The position numbers and the translations under genes are program-made. From the IMG/VR virus record IMGVR_UViG_3300008117_000088, positions 32,031-96,030 of that record: a stretch of DNA of 64,000 nt; one strand, written 5' to 3'. The first letter of the stretch is position 1, and each line of letters starts with the position of its first letter. The notes below the pieces were generated by a model. That model searched no databases. It saw only the letters and a list, made by a program, of their open reading frames with translations, and had not been told where the DNA came from. Shown piece by piece: positions 57,593 through 64,000 of the stretch. The DNA comes from a virus.

Positions 57593-58098
57593 TTGTAGTC
57601 CGTCAAATCTACAGGAGGAGGATTAAATTGTTGTCCTGCTGATGGGGTATCCCAGATTGCAGCGGTTTCCCTACCCTCAGAACCTTTAGGACCTGTGAAC
57701 TTTTTACCTTTTGCTTTGCCATCGTTAGCTGCAGCATTAGCCGCATACTTCTTTGAGTAGGTTGTGCTTAATCCCATGTCTTTGCCCCACTCACCGCCAG
57801 TAGCCTCTTCTGGAGTAATGAATCCTCCAGCAACGGCTTTTTCTACATCTGCTGTAGTGGCGTTACGGGCCTTTTGTTTTTTAGGCTTTGTAGGAGTTCC
57901 ATCGGTTTCTTGTGTACCTGGATCTTCAGCCTTTGTTTTGCCTGGCTTAGGTTTTACAGTTCCAACGCCTTCTTTAAATTTCTTAGCAAATTGTTTTCCA
58001 AGAGTCACCGTGTAACTAGATGCTCCTGGGATATTAGAAAATCCAGCGGCACTACCGCTTGCTACTTTTACTCCAAAGGAGCCTTTAAGTTTAGCCAT
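57589..58098 (-). CDS. low-complexity basic hypothetical protein
   Basis: Probable ATG at 58098 (MAKLKG..). Confidence 0.65.
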   Translation of the reverse strand: MAKLKGSFGVKVASGSAAGFSNIPGASSYTVTLGKQFAKKFKEGVGTVKPKPGKTKAEDPGTQETDGTPTKPKKQKARNATTADVEKAVAGGFITPEEATGGEWGKDMGLSTTYSKKYAANAAANDGKAKGKKFTGPKGSEGRETAAIWDTPSAGQQFNPPPVDLTDYK

Positions 58099-58177
58099 GT
58101 TGTTATTATCCAATATTGAGATGGGATAAACCTGATAAAAGTGGTGAGCAGTTTAACGACATGCTCAGGTCGAGGTC

Positions 58178-58684
58178 TTACTTGACCTTGATTACTTTGG
58201 GCTTTTCCTCTTCGGGAACTTCACGTTCCACCTTGATGGTCAATAGCCCGTCTTTAAGGGTAGCCTCTTTAACTTCCATCCACTCCCCAAGCACGAACCT
58301 TTGAGTCCATAGACGCTTGGCGATTCCTTGATGAAGAACCTCTTCGCCTTTGTCCTCTTCTTTTTCAACGCTTTTAACGATGAGCAGGTCTTTTTCTACA
58401 GTTACTTCAATGTCTTCTTTCTTGTACCCAGCCAGGGCGATTTCCACTGTGTAATGGTCATCATCCACTTTGATTAGGTTGTAGGGTGGAAAGGTCGTTG
58501 TCTTATATGAGGTCAACGTGTTCCAACGATTGATTTGATCTTGAAACCCTAAGAAGAATTGAGCGCTGAGTAAATCAGCAAGGGTTTGAGGTTTTACTGT
58601 AGTTGTTGGGAGTTTCGAGTATTCGTACTTATCCCATTGCTTGTGCTTATGTGGTTCCCAAGAATTTGGGTAGCCTGATGCCAT
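58178..58684 (-). CDS. small heat-shock protein Hsp20 (IbpA-like)
   Basis: FPPYNL, EIALAGY, LHQGIAKR, ATLKDGLLTI, PEEEKP; ATG 58684 after AAGGAG. Confidence 0.93.
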   Translation of the reverse strand: MASGYPNSWEPHKHKQWDKYEYSKLPTTTVKPQTLADLLSAQFFLGFQDQINRWNTLTSYKTTTFPPYNLIKVDDDHYTVEIALAGYKKEDIEVTVEKDLLIVKSVEKEEDKGEEVLHQGIAKRLWTQRFVLGEWMEVKEATLKDGLLTIKVEREVPEEEKPKVIKVK

Positions 58685-58747
58685 AATAATCACTCCTTAG
58701 ACATGATTAGTTAATGAGTCCCGGTTGGCGACTCGTGATTATTATAA

Positions 58748-59326
58748 CTATTTTTTAATTGTTTGACCGCAAGTAGGGCATGTTTCTACTTGACTGGTTG
58801 GAGCGCTGGCTGATGAGGCGCCTGCCCCTTTAAACTTAGGACGTCCAAAACCTACGATAGAGATTTGAACTCCGGCTTTGTTCTTTTTGTAGGCACGAAG
58901 TTGTTTGCAAACTTCTCCGCCATTTCGTTGGCTACCAGACTTTTTAGATGAAGTATTGCCTTCAATGCACCAAACAGTTCCGTCTTCGTTATCTTTGATA
59001 ACAATTCCTACGTGAGAAATTCTATCGACCCCATCTGCTGGGAAATCAAAATAGGCGATATCTCCTGGCTCTGGATCGGCCACATCTCCGTCAATCCATG
59101 CGCCCTTTTTCTTAAATGCTGCCGCACCGCCAGGGGTGTAAACAGTATTAGGAACTTTTACTCCGGCTTCGTTAGCGCACCACATAACGAAACTTCCGCA
59201 CCAAGGTTGGAAATTTGCTTTTGTGTAAGCGCCGTATTTAGTCTCGTTGTCTTTAGGACCTTCGATAGTTCCTATTTCACCTTTAGCAACTTCAATAAGA
59301 CGAGCTGCTGTTCCCTGTTCTGCCAT
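58748..59326 (-). CDS. CHAP-domain endolysin
   Basis: PWCGSFV (Cys), ISHVGIV (His), IEGNT. Confidence 0.88.
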   Translation of the reverse strand: MAEQGTAARLIEVAKGEIGTIEGPKDNETKYGAYTKANFQPWCGSFVMWCANEAGVKVPNTVYTPGGAAAFKKKGAWIDGDVADPEPGDIAYFDFPADGVDRISHVGIVIKDNEDGTVWCIEGNTSSKKSGSQRNGGEVCKQLRAYKKNKAGVQISIVGFGRPKFKGAGASSASAPTSQVETCPTCGQTIKK

Positions 59327-59736
59327 TAATCTTTATCCCAATCTAAATCAACTGGTTGCTCTTCTGGCATTTGACCATCAGGCTTTGCTGCTAGACGTGC
59401 AGCTGTGGCATCAATCTCTGCTTCAAGTTTTTTGTCCGCTTGTGTGTTTTTAGCGTCCATCTCTTTGTTTGCTAATTGTGCGGCCATAATATCTTTAGCG
59501 CCAGACTGTCCAATTAGAAGACCGGCAAGAGTTCCGGTAATGAATGTAGCTACGCTACCAAGTACGTTAAAGAACATTTTGTCATTTTCTGACTGTGCCC
59601 CAATAGGTTGGGTTACAAATAAAAGACCATAAAGAATACCGATTGCGGTAAAAAATAAAATTGAACCTAAAGTAATACCAAGAATAAACTTTAATCTGGC
59701 GTCTAGTTCTTGCGGTGTTAGTCGTTCTTTAGCCAT
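59326..59736 (-). CDS. 2-TM membrane protein with charged tail (holin-like)
   Basis: Two TM helices; adjacent to endolysin; start revised to ATG 59736. Confidence 0.65.
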   Translation of the reverse strand: MAKERLTPQELDARLKFILGITLGSILFFTAIGILYGLLFVTQPIGAQSENDKMFFNVLGSVATFITGTLAGLLIGQSGAKDIMAAQLANKEMDAKNTQADKKLEAEIDATAARLAAKPDGQMPEEQPVDLDWDKD

Positions 59737-59917
59737 TTGATGTTCCTTCTTCAAAGTTAGGCACTAAGTCTACAGGACAGGTACCACTTGCTGTACAAAC
59801 AGGTGGTTTACATTCCGCTTTTTCCCAATTAGCTGGGTCTTGACATGGGTAACGGTAGTGACCGTCGTATCCACATCCAGTTAGAAGCAGTAGTCCTGCT
59901 AGTAGTAGTTTTTTCAT
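59729..59917 (-). CDS. small Cys-rich lipoprotein
   Basis: MKKLLLAGLLLLTGC lipobox; RYPCQDP..CKPPVC..C. Confidence 0.75.
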   Translation of the reverse strand: MKKLLLAGLLLLTGCGYDGHYRYPCQDPANWEKAECKPPVCTASGTCPVDLVPNFEEGTSNG

Positions 59918-60084
59918 TCCTCGTCCTTGGGGTTGCGAAGTGGGTAAGTCACCGCCCATGCTAAGGTCGTAGCGATAATTGCGTATCCAACAACCGTTCT
60001 AGCACTTCCGTCGAGGACCACCCAGGCTACAAACATACCTAATAGGGTCCATAACTGCTCGACAAAGTCTCTTAATATCTTCAT
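59914..60084 (-). CDS. 56-aa 2-TM protein
   Basis: Read by hand MKILRDFVEQLWTLLGMFVAWVVLDGSARTVVGYAIIATTLAWAVTYPLRNPKDEE; ATGA overlaps on both sides. Confidence 0.7.
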   Translation of the reverse strand: MKILRDFVEQLWTLLGMFVAWVVLDGSARTVVGYAIIATTLAWAVTYPLRNPKDEE

Positions 60085-62618
60085 GGTTTCCTTCTCCTAA
60101 CTGCTTTTGCGTCTCCTGTAGGCGCTCCGCCCCCAGATCCACCGGTGTTACCGGTAGAAGATTGTGTGGCTGCTAGAGCGGCCGATGCGGCTGCTTGAAC
60201 AGCAATTTGACCAACTATTACCGATGCAACAATGACTTTCTCAGACTCTTCACGTTCTGCTTCAGTCATATCTGCGCCTATGTTAGATAGCGCAGTTAAT
60301 ACCTGTCCGGGATCCGAAAATAGTTCACCGAGTAGTTCTGCCGGGTTATCAAGCAAAACTAGTGCAGCAGCAACCTCTGCAGTAATAATAACTGCATTTC
60401 CTTCTTCATCAGTCCTAACCTCAACAGGGGTCTCTGGTGGAAGATCTTCATATGACAAACCTGCTTCCGCTATTGCTTCTGCAGTAACTGGTTCTCCGTC
60501 AGATTGTTCAAGTAGTTGGCTAACCAATTCTTCTTTAGGTGTATTATCTGGGGATGATTCTTCCAACTGATTTTGTGGCTCTTGTGTGTCTGGTTGTTGC
60601 TGTTCTGATTCTTCAAAAGGGGGTTCAGCCGAAGACTCGTCGCTTTCGTCAGTTCCTTCGTTCTCTGTGGGTTGTGACGTCTCTTCTGTGGGCTGTTGCT
60701 CTTCTTCTGTGGGTGAATCAGTAGATGAGTCTGTCGGTTGATCTGTGGAAGCTTCGTCAGGATCTTGAGGACTCTCTGGCTCGACTGGAGTGTCTGAAGG
60801 AGTGTCATCTGCAGGAACGTCCTGGGATTCTTCTTCCGAGTTTTGTGAATCCTCTTGAGCAGGTTCTTCAACAGGCTCTTGAGGAGATTCCGTTTCTTCA
60901 GAAGGGTTTTCAGGAAGAGGTTCGACCGGCGGTTCAACAGGCGATTCAGGCAATGATGGAGGATCCACAGGTGCAGGTTCTGATGGAGCGCTTGGCTCAG
61001 GCTGAGGCTGAGGAGCGGGCTCAGGAGTTGGATTGGTTGGCGCAGGGTCGACTGACGGATTTGTAGGAGTTACAGGTGAAGGTTCGGGTTGTGGTTCTGG
61101 CTGTGGTTGCGGCTGTGGTGTTGGCTCTGGTTGCGGTGCGGGAGTTGGCTCAGGCGTTGGAGTCGGCTGAGGTTGAGGCTGAGGAGTAGGTTCAGGTGTC
61201 GGAGTTGGTTCTGGGGTTGGTGTTGGGGTTGGTTCTGGCTGCGGTGCTGGTGTTGGTTCTGGTGTGGGCTGTGGTTCGGGCGTGGGAGTCGGAGTGGGCT
61301 CAGGTGTTGGGGCAGGTGAAGGCTCAGGAGTTGGCTGAGGAGTGGGAGTTGGCTCAGGTTGAGGAGTAGGCTCTGGCGTTGGAGTTGGTTCTGGAGCAGG
61401 TGGTGGAGTAGGTTCTACAACTGGTTCAGGAGTTAACTCAATAGGAGCCGTAACTTGAGTAACGCCAGCTTGTTCAAGAGTAACAATAGATCCGTCTTGT
61501 AGTCGCGCTCCGGTGCGCTCGTTACCAGCTAAAGGTCCATCTACAGAGTATGTGTAAGAGACAGTTCCATCTGTAAGAATTTGTCCAGTAATAACAATTG
61601 TCGTAGTGTCGCCAGTCATAACTCCATAAGGGCGATAGGAGCCATCTACTTGAAAGCCTCCATCGCTGGTTCTAATGATGAAGTGCGTATCTGGCATGTG
61701 ATTAGGAAGTGCCCACCAGTCTTTAGACTCAATAGAGATAGACGGAGTGTTTGGATAAGTCCAATAAGTTCCATCAGGATTACCGAAGGTGATTACTGAA
61801 TTGGTTGTAGCATATACATCTGCATACGTCACTCCGTTAAACACGACAGTGGTTGTAAGTGGAATTCTATAAGACATGTCGTCTCCGCCTGGAGTTACTG
61901 TTTCAGTAACAACTGGCGCTGGTTCAGGTGTGGAGGTAGTTAATGCTGGAGTCTGTGTGGGAGATGTTGTTGTACTTGTTTGCGTTTCTGTCTGGGTGGA
62001 TTGTTGGTTGGATCCAGACTCGGGAGCCGTTGTTACGGAAGGTGAAGGCTCTGGAGTCGGTGTTGAACTTGGACTCGGTTCAGAAGATGGAGCGGATTCT
62101 GATGTTGGAAGAGGAGTTGCGCTGGTCGAAGGCGAAGGTTCAGGCGCAGCAGTCGGACTTGGATCGGATGCAGAAGAAGTTGTTGGTTGGGGGGATGGAG
62201 GCGCCTCAGTGGAATATGTCGTATTGGAAGATTGAGGGTCCGAAGTTGCAGCAGAAGGTTCTGCAGTTGGAGTCGGAGTTGGAGTCGCTTCGCTCGAAGA
62301 CTCTGTGGAAGGAGTAGGTGATGGAGCAGGCGCTGTGGTTTCTGTTTGGTTTGGGGTTGGGGTTGGCTCTGGACTTTGTGTTGGTGAAGGTGATGCTTCG
62401 ACCGGTGCTGGAGAGGTTGAAGGCTCTGGAGTCGGAGAAGTAGATGGCTCTGGATTTTGTGTGGTCTGCTGGCTTGTTTCTGATGTGGTTGTTGACGCTT
62501 CCCCTTCAGCGTAAGCAGGGGAAATCACAAGAAGAACATAAATAAGGCAGAAACCTGCAACGAAGTAAAGTTTATTTATTAAACCAGATAGTGCTGCGAA
62601 TGTACGCAGTATTGGCAT
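60081..62618 (-). CDS. exported mucin-like Pro/Thr/Ser/Glu-rich surface protein with a central NIDO-like domain
   Basis: Signal peptide ..AYA; PT/PE tracts; GGDD..VYATTNSVITF; C-terminal hydrophobic segment + RRRKP. Confidence 0.75.
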   Translation of the reverse strand: MPILRTFAALSGLINKLYFVAGFCLIYVLLVISPAYAEGEASTTTSETSQQTTQNPEPSTSPTPEPSTSPAPVEASPSPTQSPEPTPTPNQTETTAPAPSPTPSTESSSEATPTPTPTAEPSAATSDPQSSNTTYSTEAPPSPQPTTSSASDPSPTAAPEPSPSTSATPLPTSESAPSSEPSPSSTPTPEPSPSVTTAPESGSNQQSTQTETQTSTTTSPTQTPALTTSTPEPAPVVTETVTPGGDDMSYRIPLTTTVVFNGVTYADVYATTNSVITFGNPDGTYWTYPNTPSISIESKDWWALPNHMPDTHFIIRTSDGGFQVDGSYRPYGVMTGDTTTIVITGQILTDGTVSYTYSVDGPLAGNERTGARLQDGSIVTLEQAGVTQVTAPIELTPEPVVEPTPPPAPEPTPTPEPTPQPEPTPTPQPTPEPSPAPTPEPTPTPTPEPQPTPEPTPAPQPEPTPTPTPEPTPTPEPTPQPQPQPTPTPEPTPAPQPEPTPQPQPQPEPQPEPSPVTPTNPSVDPAPTNPTPEPAPQPQPEPSAPSEPAPVDPPSLPESPVEPPVEPLPENPSEETESPQEPVEEPAQEDSQNSEEESQDVPADDTPSDTPVEPESPQDPDEASTDQPTDSSTDSPTEEEQQPTEETSQPTENEGTDESDESSAEPPFEESEQQQPDTQEPQNQLEESSPDNTPKEELVSQLLEQSDGEPVTAEAIAEAGLSYEDLPPETPVEVRTDEEGNAVIITAEVAAALVLLDNPAELLGELFSDPGQVLTALSNIGADMTEAEREESEKVIVASVIVGQIAVQAAASAALAATQSSTGNTGGSGGGAPTGDAKAVRRRKP

Positions 62619-62633
62619 ATGCCAATCAGTTTA

Positions 62634-62822
62634 CTAAATTAAAACGTTATCTGGATCGTAAACTTCCATTGATGTATTAAACAAAGAAGTTTTAAATTCT
62701 TTTGCGTGATGACCGCAAAACATTAATTCACCATTTAAAAATGTAGCTACAACTTTTGCTGCAGCACTGCACTTATCACATCTATCTTCTGCTGTTAACT
62801 TTCGATCAACAGTAGTTATCAT
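62634..62822 (-). CDS. actinobacterial DUF7455-like Zn-finger protein
   Basis: LTAEDRCDKC..GELMFCGHH. Confidence 0.75.
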   Translation of the reverse strand: MITTVDRKLTAEDRCDKCSAAAKVVATFLNGELMFCGHHAKEFKTSLFNTSMEVYDPDNVLI

Positions 62823-62824
62823 GA

Positions 62825-63007
62825 TTACCTGTTCTTTAAGTAGTTATCGGCTGCTAAATCAAACTTGTGTGAGGCTATAGCGTGCTCTTTAGCTGCTTTA
62901 GCCCAACCAGAGAACAATCCTCCCTGACTGATTACATTATCAAAGTCTTTTGTATCAGGGCAACCTGGGCAACTGTGATCGTCAAACTGACCTTTTGCTG
63001 GTTTCAT
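62825..63007 (-). CDS. hypothetical protein
   Basis: ORF track; CPGC. Confidence 0.55.
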   Translation of the reverse strand: MKPAKGQFDDHSCPGCPDTKDFDNVISQGGLFSGWAKAAKEHAIASHKFDLAADNYLKNR

Positions 63008-63147
63008 TACTCGCTCCTAACCTCTAGTCGTTTGGTTTCGCATTCAAAGCATAGCCAACTAACTTCTTTTTTATCAACAGGTAAGTGTTTAAAAGGAGCA
63101 GGTCCTTGAGCACATTGATCACAGATACGAGATGCTGTATCGCTCAC
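63007..63147 (-). CDS. 46-aa CxxC-CxxC protein
   Basis: Read by hand MSDTASRICDQC..WLCFECE..; coupled on both sides. Confidence 0.55.
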   Translation of the reverse strand: MSDTASRICDQCAQGPAPFKHLPVDKKEVSWLCFECETKRLEVRSE

Positions 63148-63437
63148 TTCTCGTTCTCCTTCTTTCCTGCACGGCGTTTGTTCTCTTTGGCAGTGTTCTT
63201 GCTTCTAGATAGCACTCTTAAATTACCTTTAGAGTCATTATTGTGGTTATTGTCTTTGTGGTCAACAGTTTTGTTCTTGTCGCCAATTTTGCCGTTTTTA
63301 GACTCGTAATCTGCACGTGCTTTATTCTTAGAGGTAGTAACCCACTTGCCGTCTACTTTCTTCTTATAGACGTAAATAGGACGACCGCCATTAGCTTTAG
63401 ATCCTTTATAAGGACCAAACTTTTTAGTTTCAGCCAT
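63144..63437 (-). CDS. HNH-like basic protein
   Basis: VDHKDNNHNND..NLRVLSRSKN. Confidence 0.65.
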   Translation of the reverse strand: MAETKKFGPYKGSKANGGRPIYVYKKKVDGKWVTTSKNKARADYESKNGKIGDKNKTVDHKDNNHNNDSKGNLRVLSRSKNTAKENKRRAGKKENEK

Positions 63438-63567
63438 TTCTCTTCACCCTTGGATATGGTTCTAATCTTGCTTTAATAGTTCCATCTTTACGCAAGCGAA
63501 CAATCCAGCCATCTTTAATTTGGGTTTTATTGAAGCCATGATGTTTCTTAAATGAGCCAGAACTCAT
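63430..63567 (-). CDS. 45-aa basic protein
   Basis: Read by hand MSSGSFKKHHGFNKTQIKDGWIVRLRKDGTIK.. Confidence 0.55.
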   Translation of the reverse strand: MSSGSFKKHHGFNKTQIKDGWIVRLRKDGTIKARLEPYPRVKRNG

Positions 63568-63719
63568 ATGCTCCACCACCCTTCATATTTAGCGTTTGGG
63601 TTCGCTTCTTTCCACTCTCTCATGAGCTTGTGCTGTAAGTCCCAGTCTATCCTATGAGTATATTTTCCACATAGGGGACAGGTGTCAACACCCATGTCTT
63701 TGTAGACATGTTCACACAT
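63564..63719 (-). CDS. 51-aa Zn-finger-like protein
   Basis: Read by hand MCEHVY..CPLCGKYTH..; coupled. Confidence 0.55.
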   Translation of the reverse strand: MCEHVYKDMGVDTCPLCGKYTHRIDWDLQHKLMREWKEANPNAKYEGWWSI

Positions 63720-63997
63720 TAGCAATCCCAGGCGCGAAGTGATTTATTAATGCGACTGTTTGGATCACGAGCAGTTTTGGCAGATGTATTCTGCTTCTTC
63801 ATGCCTTCCATACGGGCGCAAAAAGATTTGCGTCTAGCAGCTGACTTAGGGCTTTTCTTTGCTTGTTCGCGCTTGACGGGTGGCTTAAGATCGCTTCCCG
63901 GATTTGCACGTTCATAAGACTTACGTCCTTTTTCATTTAGACCGCCTTTTTGATTTTTTCCTTCTTTGCGGGTCCATGCAGCAGTTTTAGTAGCCAT
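63719..63997 (-). CDS. DUF6321-like basic protein
   Basis: AWTRKEGKN.KGGLN.KGR..RRKSFCARM..SLRAWDC. Confidence 0.75.
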   Translation of the reverse strand: MATKTAAWTRKEGKNQKGGLNEKGRKSYERANPGSDLKPPVKREQAKKSPKSAARRKSFCARMEGMKKQNTSAKTARDPNSRINKSLRAWDC

Positions 63998-64000
63998 TAG

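Noticed and set aside
63144-63437. Mobile homing endonuclease or intron
   Set aside because: Short free-standing HNH-like ORF; no interrupted gene or intron structure.

Overview
64 kb from a tailed dsDNA phage with a contractile tail. Almost all genes lie on the minus strand and the genetic code is standard. The host is probably a freshwater actinobacterium (Nanopelagicales/acI-like). This is an inference from the moderate GC, actinobacterial-type genes (DUF7455-like, SLT transglycosylase, PASTA, CHAP) and leaderless promoter geometry. Left to right: replication (SNF2 helicase, dNMP kinase, primase, DnaB, DnaC-like loader, initiator; 1-7.1 kb); eCIS/T4-like baseplate and tail (7.2-21.4 kb); an array of tiny Lys-rich proteins (21.4-22.7 kb); fibre/decoration region A (23-39 kb); head and packaging genes (39.8-46.5 kb); fibre/decoration region B (50-57 kb); then Hsp20, lysis/surface genes and small ORFs. 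Region A holds GPT collagens, a GT2-TPR glycosyltransferase, a U32+methyltransferase fusion with a transporter and a propeller protein, a large fibre and a cupredoxin. Region B holds four 2OG-Fe(II) oxygenases, a GDP-mannose 3,5-epimerase, an O-fucosyltransferase-like GT and a (Pro-Thr)n/Cys-rich Hint protein. The best candidates for an undescribed system are these two apparent virion-protein modification cassettes. Also notable are a candidate UUU_CGC +1 frameshift in the tail chaperone gene, a start-codon-occluding hairpin on hsp20, a putative anti-SD sRNA, and three local lesions that may be deletions or assembly errors. All family assignments are by motif recognition; no searches were run.
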